Below are positions 9,787-20,122 of a DNA stretch of 64,000 nt, piece after piece. Source of the DNA: a virus (taxonomy: Duplodnaviria > Caudoviricetes). Within the stretch, counting starts at the first letter, position 1; every line of letters starts with the position of its first letter. The position numbers and the translations under genes are program-made. The notes below the pieces were generated by a model that was not told the DNA's origin, searched no databases, and worked only from the letters and a program-made list of their open reading frames with translations. The stretch spans positions 1-64,000 of the IMG/VR virus record IMGVR_UViG_3300048121_000993. The stretch is one strand, 5' to 3'.

Positions 9787-10653
9787 ATGGCACAAATGCA
9801 ACTAAAGAAGGCTCGCAAGAATCGTAAAGGCGAGACAATTGTAGAAGTTCTTCCTAATAATGTGAAGGACAATCCAAATGAAACTGATAATCAAATTATC
9901 GAGCGTATGCGTGAGCGTTTTAGCATATTAGATGATATGACACAAGCCTCAATTGATGGTGTTGTGCGTGGTATGGTTGTAACAGGCCCTCCTGGAGTTG
10001 GTAAATCATTTGGTGTTGAACAAGTACTAGAAAAAAATAGTTTGTTTGATACACTAGCAGGTAACAAATTGCGTTTTGAAGTTATCAAAGGTGCCTCAAG
10101 TGCAATTGGTTTGTACAAAGTACTTTACAATAACGCAGATAAGAATAGTGTCCTTGTGTTAGACGATTGTGATACAGTATTGTATGACGAAACAAGTCTT
10201 AACTTGCTTAAAGCAGCACTTGACTCTTGTAAAAAGCGTAAATTAAGTTGGAATACAGATAGTGCATTACTAAGACGAGAAGGTATTCCAGATACTTTTG
10301 AATTCCAAGGTAGTGTAATTTTTATTACTAACCTTAAATTTGATAATGTGCGTGGTAAGATTAAAGATCACTTAGCAGCCATTATGTCAAGGTGTCATTA
10401 CTTAGATCTTACAATGGATACAACTAGGGAGAAAGTTCTTAGATGTAAGCAGATTGTTGCAGATGGTATGCTTAATGAATATCAGTTTACTTCAGAAGAA
10501 GAAAATGATGTTATGGACTTTATGATCTCTAACAAAGAAAAGATGCGTGAGATTAGTTTGCGTATGGTTACTAAACTTGCAGATCTTAAAAAGAGTTTTG
10601 GTGATGAAAAGTGGAAACGAACTGCTGAAGTCACTTGTATGCGTAGAGCATAA
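9787..10653 (+). CDS. AAA+ ATPase
   Basis: GPPGVGKS Walker A, VLDDCD Walker B, IFITN sensor 1, SR arginine finger. Confidence 0.85.
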   Translation: MAQMQLKKARKNRKGETIVEVLPNNVKDNPNETDNQIIERMRERFSILDDMTQASIDGVVRGMVVTGPPGVGKSFGVEQVLEKNSLFDTLAGNKLRFEVIKGASSAIGLYKVLYNNADKNSVLVLDDCDTVLYDETSLNLLKAALDSCKKRKLSWNTDSALLRREGIPDTFEFQGSVIFITNLKFDNVRGKIKDHLAAIMSRCHYLDLTMDTTREKVLRCKQIVADGMLNEYQFTSEEENDVMDFMISNKEKMREISLRMVTKLADLKKSFGDEKWKRTAEVTCMRRA

Positions 10654-10666
10654 AAATAAAATTTAG

Positions 10667-10690
10667 AAAAAGCCCTTCGGGGCTTTTTTT
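10667..10690 (+). terminator. Rho-independent terminator
   Basis: agccc-TTCG-gggct followed by T run. Confidence 0.9.
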
Positions 10691-10706
10691 ATGACATAAA
10701 TACAAG

Positions 10707-11036
10707 ATGGAATTTGTAATTAAAGCAATCATAGGCGGTTTAGTTATCGCGGGTGTAGTAACTGCAGCCGAAAAAGGTAACCCAACCATGGGTGCATTAA
10801 TATTAGGAATACCGTTAGGTAGTGTAATAAGTGTTATCTTTATGCATCTTAGTGGAGTACAACCAGAAGTGTTTGCTCAACTGGCAAAAGAAACAGTTTA
10901 CTTTGTAGTTGTAAGTTTAGTTTTCTTTCCTATATTTGCATACATGGTATTACAAAACGGTTTTTGGATATCATTAACTGTATCAATTTCATTTACACTG
11001 TTCTGTCTTTATTTACTTTTAAAATATCTAACATAA
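10707..11036 (+). CDS. Small multi-pass membrane protein
   Basis: About four hydrophobic segments. Confidence 0.7.
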   Translation: MEFVIKAIIGGLVIAGVVTAAEKGNPTMGALILGIPLGSVISVIFMHLSGVQPEVFAQLAKETVYFVVVSLVFFPIFAYMVLQNGFWISLTVSISFTLFCLYLLLKYLT

Positions 11037-11085
11037 TCAAGCGTTCGAGCTTGACTTATCCTATACAATAGTGTATTATACTAAT

Positions 11086-12537
11086 ATGAAATGTAAAATT
11101 ATTCTCAAAGACGAAGTTAACTGTAAAGTCGAAGGACTTGATGTAAACACTCGTAGAAAATGTGAAAAAGAATTAAAGTTCTTTTTACCATATGCTTTTC
11201 ATGTGCCAGCATACAAGTTAGGCAGATGGGATGGATGTCAAAGTTACTTTACAGTAGGTGGTGTTACATACATTAACCTACTAGACAAAGTATTACCTAT
11301 CATAATGGATCAAGGATATCATGTTGACATTGATGATCTTAGAAAAGTACACACTTTTGATTTTCCAACTGTAGATGAAACAACATTTCAAAATAGACTC
11401 TGGCCAGAAAAACATCAAATGGCAGGAGAACCTATTACACTTCGTGACTATCAAATTGAAATTGTAAACAAGTTTTTAAGTACACCACATTGTTTACAAG
11501 AAATTGCCACTGGTGCAGGTAAAACATTAATTACTGCTGCACTTAGTGAGCGTGTAGAACAGTATGGAAGATCAATAGTGATTGTACCAAACAAAGACTT
11601 GGTAAGACAAACTGCTGATGATTATACTAACTTAGGACTGGATGTTGGAGTTTACTTCGGCGACAAAAAACAAATAGGACATACCCATACTATATGTACA
11701 TGGCAAAGTTTGAATAGTATTAGAAAGCGTTTTCGTGATGGACTTGATGAACTTAGTTTACACGACTTTACTGAAAATGTAACTTGTGTTATCGTAGACG
11801 AAGTACATCAAGCCAAAGCAGATGTGTTAAAAGATTTGTTAACAAAAGAATTTGCACACATTCCATTGCGTTGGGGTTTAACAGGAACTATTCCTAAAGC
11901 GGACCATGAGAAGGTTAGTTTACAAGCGTGTTTAGGCGAAGTAACTAACAGACTTAGTGCAAGTGAACTACAAGACATGGATGTACTTAGTCAGTGTCAT
12001 GTTAATGTTGTACAAATGAAAGAATTCGTAGAATATAATAATTACCAAAGCGAGCTAACATATCTTACTACAGATAAAGCTCGAATGGAATATGTGAGTG
12101 GATTAATTGAAAAGGTTTCTCAATCAGGAAATACACTTGTATTAGTAGATAGAATCAAAGCAGGCGGATTGATTTGTGATAATCTTCCACAAGCAAACTT
12201 TGTTAGTGGCGCAATGAAGTCAACAGATCGTAAAGATCATTATGATGATATCAATGAAGGAACTAATCAAATTGTAGTAGCAACATATGGTGTTGCGGCA
12301 GTAGGAATCAATATACCACGCATCTTTAATTTGGTACTAATAGAACCGGGTAAAAGTTTTGTTAGAGTTATTCAAAGTATTGGTCGTGGAATACGTAAAG
12401 CTGAAGATAAGGATAATGTTCAAATATGGGATATTACCAGTTCAGCAAAATTTAGTAAAAAACACTTAACAGAGCGTAAGAAGTTTTATAAAGAAGCAAA
12501 CTATCCATTTACGATTGATAAAGTAGATTGGCAATAA
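11086..12537 (+). CDS. uvsW: SF2 DNA helicase UvsW-like
   Basis: LRDYQ Q-motif, ATGAGKT, DEVH, GLTGT, QSIGRGIR. Confidence 0.9.
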   Translation: MKCKIILKDEVNCKVEGLDVNTRRKCEKELKFFLPYAFHVPAYKLGRWDGCQSYFTVGGVTYINLLDKVLPIIMDQGYHVDIDDLRKVHTFDFPTVDETTFQNRLWPEKHQMAGEPITLRDYQIEIVNKFLSTPHCLQEIATGAGKTLITAALSERVEQYGRSIVIVPNKDLVRQTADDYTNLGLDVGVYFGDKKQIGHTHTICTWQSLNSIRKRFRDGLDELSLHDFTENVTCVIVDEVHQAKADVLKDLLTKEFAHIPLRWGLTGTIPKADHEKVSLQACLGEVTNRLSASELQDMDVLSQCHVNVVQMKEFVEYNNYQSELTYLTTDKARMEYVSGLIEKVSQSGNTLVLVDRIKAGGLICDNLPQANFVSGAMKSTDRKDHYDDINEGTNQIVVATYGVAAVGINIPRIFNLVLIEPGKSFVRVIQSIGRGIRKAEDKDNVQIWDITSSAKFSKKHLTERKKFYKEANYPFTIDKVDWQ

Positions 12538-12546
12538 GGAATAAGT

Positions 12547-13047
12547 ATGAAAATATTAACAGTTGAAAACAAAACGTATGAACTAGATGACATACCAGAT
12601 ACAATAGACGATTTAAGATACAGCATTTTAGACTACAGTAACCCAGGACATATTGATTATTATTTTATTCCACTAGTGTTCCTAGAAAGTTTTTATGCAC
12701 CAGCGGCAGTTATTCAAATAGGCGAGTATTCTATTACTATGCCATTAGATTGGAGCATTGTAATTTGTGATCCAGAGTGCGGTAATCCAGAAGTATTAAG
12801 TTTAATGAGTTTAAATGACAGAGGGTTTAGTGTATTTGCATTTAATCCATTAACTGGGTTTACTCCAAAGTATTTAGATGTAAATATTACTAATATCTAT
12901 ACAGATGTAAAATGGTATGCACCTAAACTAAAGTTTGGACATTTGTTAAATGTTCCATTAAGTGATGAACCAAATTCACCTTGTGTATTATTTGTAAAAG
13001 AAGCAAATAAGTTACCAGAGGTACTTGACATTAGTGAACTTTGGTAG
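12547..13047 (+). CDS. Hypothetical protein
   Basis: AAGGA SD; intact 166 aa ORF. Confidence 0.7.
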   Translation: MKILTVENKTYELDDIPDTIDDLRYSILDYSNPGHIDYYFIPLVFLESFYAPAAVIQIGEYSITMPLDWSIVICDPECGNPEVLSLMSLNDRGFSVFAFNPLTGFTPKYLDVNITNIYTDVKWYAPKLKFGHLLNVPLSDEPNSPCVLFVKEANKLPEVLDISELW

Positions 13048-13051
13048 TACA

Positions 13052-13273
13052 ATGAAAACTAGAATACATGTTAATCAACACATTATAAAACGCAATAGTA
13101 AAACAGGCGAAAGAGAACCTGTGCTAACATGTAAAACATCTAAGAATAATAACTACGCACACGAAGTTGTTATTAAAGGTGACTCAAAAGTAGTATACAG
13201 TCCAGACAAGCCATTATCATGTGGAGCAAAGGTTTGGATAGAAACAGAAGGAGAAGTAATCATTGTCAAATAA
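13052..13273 (+). CDS. Small hypothetical phage protein
   Basis: IHVNQH...KPLSCGAKVWIET; fills the gap between neighbours. Confidence 0.7.
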   Translation: MKTRIHVNQHIIKRNSKTGEREPVLTCKTSKNNNYAHEVVIKGDSKVVYSPDKPLSCGAKVWIETEGEVIIVK

Positions 13274-13724
13274 ACTAAACATTAAAGAAGAAATGAGATC
13301 TATTGATACTAAAGATAGAGGCTGGTATGATAGTTTAACAGAAGAAGAAAAGAAAAAAGTTGGCATATGGTTACTAATGCGTTATACTAGTAGTTGTGGC
13401 GATAAGATGTTCAGTGAACATTACTTAGAATGGACCAACGAAGTGGTTAATGTACACTTTAATAAATTACGCAAGCATCCACAATTGCAGTATCAACTGA
13501 TGCAATTAGTAGGGCTAGGCAAAAGCACATTTCATCCTTGGATAGCACCCGGCAAGGCAATGAAGAAAAGTAAAGTACAAAAGTGGGTTGTAGAAAATTA
13601 CAGTCATTTAAATGATGACGAAGTAGAAATTTTTATTAGTACTAAAACAAAAGAAGATTTTGTTGAGTTGTTTGAAGAACACGGTATGGATAAAAAACAA
13701 ATCAAAGAGTTATTGAAAAAATAA
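13263..13724 (+). CDS. Clamp-loader small subunit-like (T4 gp62-like)
   Basis: Size and pattern (LLMRY..S, NE..N, LQYQL, FHPW) recall gp62; replication context. Confidence 0.5.
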   Translation: MSNKLNIKEEMRSIDTKDRGWYDSLTEEEKKKVGIWLLMRYTSSCGDKMFSEHYLEWTNEVVNVHFNKLRKHPQLQYQLMQLVGLGKSTFHPWIAPGKAMKKSKVQKWVVENYSHLNDDEVEIFISTKTKEDFVELFEEHGMDKKQIKELLKK

Positions 13725-13725
13725 A

Positions 13726-14397
13726 ATGTACAAATGTCAATACTGTAGTAAATCTTTTAAGAAAGAAAATACATTAGCAGTACATCTTTGTGAGCAAAAA
13801 AGAAGGTTCATGCAAAAAGATGAGAAACATGTGCAACTTGGATTTAGATCATATCAATTATTTTATAAAATAGGAACAAATGCAAAAAATGATAAATCGT
13901 ACGAAGACTTTGCGAAAAGTCAATACTATATTAGTTTTTGTAAGTTTGGTTATTACTGTCGCGACATTGGGATCGATGATGTACCAGCTTACACTACTTG
14001 GTTAATAAAGAACAGTGTCCGTCTCGACATATGGGGCAAAGATAGGCAATTTACAAAATGGATGAAAGAGAGATTAAAAACTGAATCAGTTGATAGAGGT
14101 GTAGAACGTACAATTATATTTTTACAAACTTGGGCAGAAGAAAATAATACAACTTATAATAGATACTTTAGTGACATAGCACCAAGTTTAGCAGTGTTTC
14201 ATATTTGCAGTGGAAAAATATCACCGTGGGTATTATTTAACAGTACAGAAGCACAAGGACTAATTGATAGATTTAACGGCGAACAGTTAAAAATGATAAC
14301 AGACTATTTAGAAATAGATTACTGGCAACGTACTATGAGCGTTAACCCACAAGATGCTAGGTGGGTAGAAGGAATATTGGAGCAAGCAGGAATATGA
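13726..14397 (+). CDS. Hypothetical protein with N-terminal C2HC zinc finger
   Basis: YKCQYCSKSF...HLC. Confidence 0.7.
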   Translation: MYKCQYCSKSFKKENTLAVHLCEQKRRFMQKDEKHVQLGFRSYQLFYKIGTNAKNDKSYEDFAKSQYYISFCKFGYYCRDIGIDDVPAYTTWLIKNSVRLDIWGKDRQFTKWMKERLKTESVDRGVERTIIFLQTWAEENNTTYNRYFSDIAPSLAVFHICSGKISPWVLFNSTEAQGLIDRFNGEQLKMITDYLEIDYWQRTMSVNPQDARWVEGILEQAGI

Positions 14398-14981
14398 TAG
14401 TAAACACAGATATTGACATTGACATAGCTGATAGAGATCAGTTGTTAAAAATAATCAAAGGCACACCTGCAATGATTGCCAGAGAAAATAACAAACAAGT
14501 AAAGCATAATACAGGTGTATACTTTCACGATATTCCAAGTAATCCATTTAGTGGACTTAGTACAATAGATCACAAAGAAGCAGAAAAAATGGGCTACTTT
14601 AAAATTGATGTGCTGAATGTTAGTTTGTATAAAAATATTAAAACTAAAAAACAATTAGTGGAATTACTTGACAAAGAACCTATGTGGGAATTGTTAGAAC
14701 ACAAAGAAGTAGTTGAACAATGTTTCCATATTCACAAACATCATAATATTGTAAGCCGAATGAAACCAACAAGTGTATCTCAACTTGCAGCCGTGCTAGC
14801 AATAATACGCCCTGCTAAAAGACATTTAATAGGTAAGGATTGGGATACTATTAATAAAGATGTATGGGTAAGACCAACTAACGATGATTACTTCTTTAAA
14901 AAAGCACACGCTCACGCATATGCAATGGCTATTGTATTACAATTAAATATGTTAGCTACTGGTTTTTCTTTACAAGATTAA
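14394..14981 (+). CDS. Miniature DnaE (DNA polymerase III alpha)-like catalytic core
   Basis: DIDID, HNTGVY, GYFKIDVL, LAAVLAIIRP, YFFKKAHAHAY match family C motifs in order; ATGA overlap gives start at 14394. Confidence 0.8.
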   Translation: MIVNTDIDIDIADRDQLLKIIKGTPAMIARENNKQVKHNTGVYFHDIPSNPFSGLSTIDHKEAEKMGYFKIDVLNVSLYKNIKTKKQLVELLDKEPMWELLEHKEVVEQCFHIHKHHNIVSRMKPTSVSQLAAVLAIIRPAKRHLIGKDWDTINKDVWVRPTNDDYFFKKAHAHAYAMAIVLQLNMLATGFSLQD

Positions 14982-15327
14982 TACTTCTACGTTTGATACG
15001 TTTAGTGATACTATTGCTTAATCTAACTTCAGGACCTGCTACTATTTCTAATTGCTTAACATTAAAACTCATTACGCAATGAGCAAAGTTCCATCTATTA
15101 AGTAATGCAATGTTTATTGGTAATTTTCTATTTGTTTCCCACCACCATTCTTCTCCTAGTTGTAAGAATTTAACTCTTTCGTTAGTATTAGATAAGCGTT
15201 CGTAGATATACACACTGGCAACATGACTATCTATATTTTGGACTATGCCAAGATACTCTTTGCCTGCATATTCAATAACGGTTAAGAACGGATACTCGTC
15301 TAAAAGCTTCTGGTGTTTTGTTTGCAT
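14956..15327 (-). CDS. Hypothetical protein
   Basis: Occupies a gap free of + strand genes; minus-strand ATAAATA just upstream. Confidence 0.75.
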   Translation of the reverse strand: MQTKHQKLLDEYPFLTVIEYAGKEYLGIVQNIDSHVASVYIYERLSNTNERVKFLQLGEEWWWETNRKLPINIALLNRWNFAHCVMSFNVKQLEIVAGPEVRLSNSITKRIKRRSINLVKKNQ

Positions 15328-15333
15328 TACTTT

Positions 15334-15371
15334 TATTTATGATGAAAAAATTTGGAAGATTTTGATAAATA
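15334..15371. promoter_or_regulatory. Back-to-back divergent late promoters
   Basis: TATTTAT at 15334-15340 (minus-strand ATAAATA) and ATAAATA at 15365-15371. Confidence 0.6.
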
Positions 15372-15390
15372 CTTTACAGGAGTCTAACAC

Positions 15391-16224
15391 ATGTCAAATT
15401 ACGGATCAGCATATAATATCAACCAAGTAGGGGATCTCTACACATTAGAAGATCATGGATCAGCACCAGGACTAGGCAAATATGCTAGTGCCAAAGGTAC
15501 ATCGGTAAACAGTCCATTAAATTACAGGTTTTTAAAATTATTTCGTGGATTTGATTCACAATTCTATTTCTTTGTAAAGAATCAAGATAGAAAAGCAATA
15601 ATGCTACAAGGCGTTACAGTTAATGCATCTTTTATTGATAGAACAGATAGATCAACAGTTGTAAGCAAAAAAGCTATTACAACTGATTATGAAACAGGTT
15701 CTATTAAGGTTATATTAACAGTAGGTGAGAGTGCGTTATTCTCGCAAGGCTTGTACGATCTTGTGTTCAGTTACACAAACGACAAGGGACTAGTATTACC
15801 TCTATTTTGTGACCTAAATATGCGTCCTAACTTTACAGTAGAATGTTCAGAAGAAGGTGATGCATTACCCCTAAACACACAAATTGCTGATTCATTTACT
15901 TCAAAAGTAATTGGCGCAGACACATACTATTTTAGTAGTGCAATAAAGGCCACTGGTTATTACAACAAACCAAATGGACTAATTACAATAGCAGTATACG
16001 GAACAGGCTATACTGGAAACTTTACAGTACAGGGTGCATTAAGTGAAAATCCTACAGAATCAGATTGGTTTGATATCACACTAGGGTCGTACACACAAAC
16101 ATTCTATCCATATAATGGACATACTGGAATAGATCCATGGACATTTCGTACAAACGTACAATATATCAGAACAAAACACACTCAACCGGCAGGAACACTT
16201 GACAAAATCGTAGTTAGAGTGTAA
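15391..16224 (+). CDS. Probable structural protein (beta-rich, baseplate/neck-like)
   Basis: Late promoter, AGGAG SD, Gly/Thr/aromatic-rich beta pattern. Confidence 0.55.
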   Translation: MSNYGSAYNINQVGDLYTLEDHGSAPGLGKYASAKGTSVNSPLNYRFLKLFRGFDSQFYFFVKNQDRKAIMLQGVTVNASFIDRTDRSTVVSKKAITTDYETGSIKVILTVGESALFSQGLYDLVFSYTNDKGLVLPLFCDLNMRPNFTVECSEEGDALPLNTQIADSFTSKVIGADTYYFSSAIKATGYYNKPNGLITIAVYGTGYTGNFTVQGALSENPTESDWFDITLGSYTQTFYPYNGHTGIDPWTFRTNVQYIRTKHTQPAGTLDKIVVRV

Positions 16225-16233
16225 TATATACAC

Positions 16234-17247
16234 ATGACTTTGATGAATGAATACGTTAGAACTCTGGTTCCTAGTAACTGGCGATCCAGCCCAAGTGGTT
16301 GGACCAGTGGTAACTGTCCTATGTGTACAAGAAATGGTCAAGCACGACCAGACACTAAAGGGCGTGGAGGCTTCCACTTTAATGAAGATTCATTTCAATA
16401 CAATTGTTTTAATTGCAACTTTAAAACAGGTTGGAGTCCACAAGGCAAGATAACAGTAAGACTAAAACAACTGTTAACAACATTAGGTGCAGATGAGGCA
16501 GATATACAACGCATACAACTTGAGCTATTGCGAGAACAAGATGTAGCAACACTATTAATAAAAACTGAAAAGCGTAAAAACCTAGTTATTGATTGGGACT
16601 TAAAAGAACTACCAGAAGATGCTAAACCTTTTATGGAATTTACAGAACCAAATGAAGATTGGACAAATGCAGTAATGTACTTAACTGATCGTGGATTTGA
16701 TATTACAGATGATAGGTTTATGTGGAGTCCAAGTAAACAACACGGCAGAGTCAGTAAAAGATTTATATTGCCATTTACATACAAAGGCAAAGTAGTAGGT
16801 TATACTGCAAGATGGGCAGGCAATAATATTCCTGAAGGAATGCCAAAGTATTATAATCAGCAACCTAAAAAAGATTTTGTATATGGTTTAGATAGGCAAA
16901 CAGCAGATAAAGAAATTGTTATTGTAACTGAAGGACAACTAGATGCTATTGTTACAGATGGTTGTGCAATAGGTAGTAATAACATAAATGACGAACAAGC
17001 AGATATATTGCACAGTTTACAAAAGCAAATTGTAATATTACCAGATGCAGATGAGGCAGGTAAACTAATGTGCAAGGCAGCTATTAAGCATGGTTGGAGT
17101 GTAGCATTTCCTGAATGGAAAGATTGCAAAGATGCCTCAGATAGCTTGACAAAACACGGAAGATTGTATACAATAAGTAGTATACTTAATAGTGTTGAAA
17201 GTAACAAAACAAAAATTGAATTAATGATGAGAAAGTATTGCAAATGA
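16234..17247 (+). CDS. DNA primase (zinc-binding domain + Toprim)
   Basis: CPMC...CFNC, VTEGQLDA, PDADEAG, KDASD. Confidence 0.9.
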   Translation: MTLMNEYVRTLVPSNWRSSPSGWTSGNCPMCTRNGQARPDTKGRGGFHFNEDSFQYNCFNCNFKTGWSPQGKITVRLKQLLTTLGADEADIQRIQLELLREQDVATLLIKTEKRKNLVIDWDLKELPEDAKPFMEFTEPNEDWTNAVMYLTDRGFDITDDRFMWSPSKQHGRVSKRFILPFTYKGKVVGYTARWAGNNIPEGMPKYYNQQPKKDFVYGLDRQTADKEIVIVTEGQLDAIVTDGCAIGSNNINDEQADILHSLQKQIVILPDADEAGKLMCKAAIKHGWSVAFPEWKDCKDASDSLTKHGRLYTISSILNSVESNKTKIELMMRKYCK

Positions 17248-18647
17248 ATGAACAAGTAAAAGAATATAATATAGACTTACAAAGATTGTTTGTAGAATTT
17301 TTAGCACAAGACAAGGACTTGTTTTCTAGGGTTAATGGAATTATTGATCCATTATACTTTGATAGAGAACTAAGAAAAGGCGTAGAGTTTATACAAGAAC
17401 ATGCTATGAACTATAGTGCGTTACCTACCCGAGATCAAATATTAGCAACAACAGGACTTGAACTACAGGAATTAAAAGATGTAGATGACAGGCATCAAAA
17501 ATGGTTTATTGACGAGTTTGAAACTTTTTGTAAACATAAAGCACTTGAGTCAGCAATACTTGAGAGTGCAGATTTACTTGAAAAAGGTGAATATGGACCA
17601 GTAGAAAGAAAAATTAAAGAAGCAGTAGGCATTGGGCTTGCAAAACACATGGGTACTGATTATTGGGAATCACCAGCAGAACGCATTGAGCGTGTAAGAA
17701 ATGCACGTGGCGGTACAAGTACAGGGTGGAGAGATATAGATCAAAAACTATATGGCGGATTTAACAGAGGCGAATTAAACATATTTGCAGCAGCATCAGG
17801 TGGTGGTAAAAGTTTGTTCTTACAGAATTTAGCACTAAACTGGAGTATTGCAGGATTAAATGTTGTTTACATAAGTTTAGAGCTTAGTGAAGAATTATCT
17901 AGTATGCGATTAGATAGTATGATCACTGGCATGAATACAAAAGAAGTATTTAAGAATGTAGATGATGTAGACTTAAAAGTGCGTATGCAAGGTAAAAAAG
18001 CAGGTAAACTACAAATTGTACAATTACCAAATGGTATTACAATTAATGCAATTACTAGTTATATGCGTGAATATGAAACTAAAAATGATTTAAAAATTGA
18101 TGCAGTACTTATTGACTACTTAGACTTAATGATGCCTGCACAGAGCAAAGTAAGTCCAAGTGATTTGTTTATTAAAGATAAATTTGTATCTGAAGAGATG
18201 CGTAATTTTGCAGTAGAAAATGATATATTGTTTGCAACTGCATCGCAGTTAAACAGGGCAGCAGTAGAAGAAGTAGAGTTTGATCATAGTCATATCTCGG
18301 GTGGTTTAAGTAAGATTCAAACAGCAGATAATGTAATTGGTATCTTTACAAGCCAAGCAATGCGTGAACGAGGCAGATATCAAGTACAATTTATGAAAAC
18401 ACGAAGTAGTAGTGGTGTTGGACAAAAAGTTGATCTAGCATTTGACATTGGTGGGTTGCGTATTAAAGATTTAGATGATGATGAAGCAGGATCTACAATG
18501 AATCAACCTAGTGCTATATTTGATAAGATAAAATCACAAAACAAAGTATCACATCAAGAAAAGAATATTGCAGAAAATAGTGTAGTAGAAAATACTATAC
18601 AAGGACATGACAAGTTACGTAGTATGCTAAAACGTAGCAATAGTTAA
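17238..18647 (+). CDS. Replicative DnaB-family helicase (T4 gp41-like)
   Basis: ASGGGKS, SLELSE, IDYLDL, TASQLNR, KTRSS. Confidence 0.92.
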   Translation: MQMNEQVKEYNIDLQRLFVEFLAQDKDLFSRVNGIIDPLYFDRELRKGVEFIQEHAMNYSALPTRDQILATTGLELQELKDVDDRHQKWFIDEFETFCKHKALESAILESADLLEKGEYGPVERKIKEAVGIGLAKHMGTDYWESPAERIERVRNARGGTSTGWRDIDQKLYGGFNRGELNIFAAASGGGKSLFLQNLALNWSIAGLNVVYISLELSEELSSMRLDSMITGMNTKEVFKNVDDVDLKVRMQGKKAGKLQIVQLPNGITINAITSYMREYETKNDLKIDAVLIDYLDLMMPAQSKVSPSDLFIKDKFVSEEMRNFAVENDILFATASQLNRAAVEEVEFDHSHISGGLSKIQTADNVIGIFTSQAMRERGRYQVQFMKTRSSSGVGQKVDLAFDIGGLRIKDLDDDEAGSTMNQPSAIFDKIKSQNKVSHQEKNIAENSVVENTIQGHDKLRSMLKRSNS

Positions 18648-18695
18648 GAAGATAGATAAATACTATATAAGGTAACTATTACTGGAGACATAGAC

Positions 18696-18944
18696 ATGAA
18701 AAAACGTACTCGTAGCTTATTAGAGGAAATTAACTCTTTAGCACCCAAAAAGGACAAAACAGCTCTACTTGAAAGCAAAGGAAACAATGCAATCAGTAGC
18801 ATTATCAATATTTTAGAGATGATTGATTCTAACTACGATAGCGATACCGCTCAGGATTTAACTAAGCGTATCATGTTAAGTATCAAAAATAGGGACCCAG
18901 AACGTTTTAACAGAGGTGTTAAAAAGATCAGGGGTCCAAAATGA
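18696..18944 (+). CDS. Hypothetical protein
   Basis: Late promoter at 18656-18662; GGAG SD. Confidence 0.7.
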   Translation: MKKRTRSLLEEINSLAPKKDKTALLESKGNNAISSIINILEMIDSNYDSDTAQDLTKRIMLSIKNRDPERFNRGVKKIRGPK

Positions 18945-20122
18945 AAGTAACAGATATTGTCGGATCACACAAGCGTAAACCTCGAAACCTAAGAAATATT
19001 AGACTAAAGGGCAAGGGTTTATATACTCCAACTGCACAAGACCTACAAGAAGGTGCAAGAATTCAGCATTTAGAAGATCTCATCTTATGGGACGGTAGTG
19101 CTGGAGCAAAAAAAGCCATTGCTACATTACATCAAGTAGAACAACAACCTAATACTGTTTCTGTTAAATGGGACGGCTCACCAGCAGTTATATTTGGTCG
19201 TAATGAAAACGGCGAGTTTATATTAACAGATAAGAGTGGATTTACTGCTAAAGGATATGATGGTAAAGTTACTAGTGCAGATGATTTAGAAGCTATGCTA
19301 AAAAACCGTCCAGGTTATGCTAAAAACCCACAAGATTATGGAGCATTTGCAGGCAAAATGAAAGAGATTTGGCCTAAAGTAGAAGCGACAGTACCAGCAG
19401 ATTTTAGAGGATATGTACACGGAGATTTACTTTGGTTTACAAAACCAGAAGTAAAAGATAACAAGTTTATATTTAAACCTAACACTACAACATATCAAGT
19501 AAAATTAGACAGTGATGTTGGTAAAAAAATTGCAAACAGTGATGTAGGTGTTGTTGTACATATGGCAATTGGACTAGACGGCGAAAAGAGTAGTGTTGAC
19601 ATGTCAAGTTTCCAAGGCGGTCCAACATTTATTATGCCACCGGTTATGGTACAAAAATCACCAGGTGTAGATATTCCTGCAATAGACGAATTAGATGCAT
19701 TTGTAGGAAAACATGCAGGTGCAATTGACAAATTATTTAATGTACCACCAGAATTAAAAATGGCAGACTTTGGTAATATACTTTATACATATATTAATGC
19801 AACAGTTAAAACAGGCGGCTTAGATAAACTAGGCGCAGACTTTATGAGATGGGTAGACGGTAGTAAACTATCAGCACCTAAAAAGCAAAGACTTGGTGAA
19901 TATATAAATGCTAATTTAGAAGGCTTTAATGCAACCTTTAATTTTATTAGAGGAGCAATGAAAGTTAAGAATATGATTATTACTGCATTAGATTCACAAG
20001 ATGCTGATGTAGAAGCATATACAGGCGGCCAACGAGGCGGTGAAGGATATGTAGTAGACAAAGATGTTAAACTAGTAAACAGAGCAGGCTTTACGGCTGC
20101 AAATATGGCAAGGAACAACTAA
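18941..20122 (+). CDS. Hypothetical protein with ligase/nucleotidyltransferase-like motifs
   Basis: VKWDGSP (KxDG), HGDLL, GEGYVV, VKLV. Confidence 0.55.
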   Translation: MKVTDIVGSHKRKPRNLRNIRLKGKGLYTPTAQDLQEGARIQHLEDLILWDGSAGAKKAIATLHQVEQQPNTVSVKWDGSPAVIFGRNENGEFILTDKSGFTAKGYDGKVTSADDLEAMLKNRPGYAKNPQDYGAFAGKMKEIWPKVEATVPADFRGYVHGDLLWFTKPEVKDNKFIFKPNTTTYQVKLDSDVGKKIANSDVGVVVHMAIGLDGEKSSVDMSSFQGGPTFIMPPVMVQKSPGVDIPAIDELDAFVGKHAGAIDKLFNVPPELKMADFGNILYTYINATVKTGGLDKLGADFMRWVDGSKLSAPKKQRLGEYINANLEGFNATFNFIRGAMKVKNMIITALDSQDADVEAYTGGQRGGEGYVVDKDVKLVNRAGFTAANMARNN

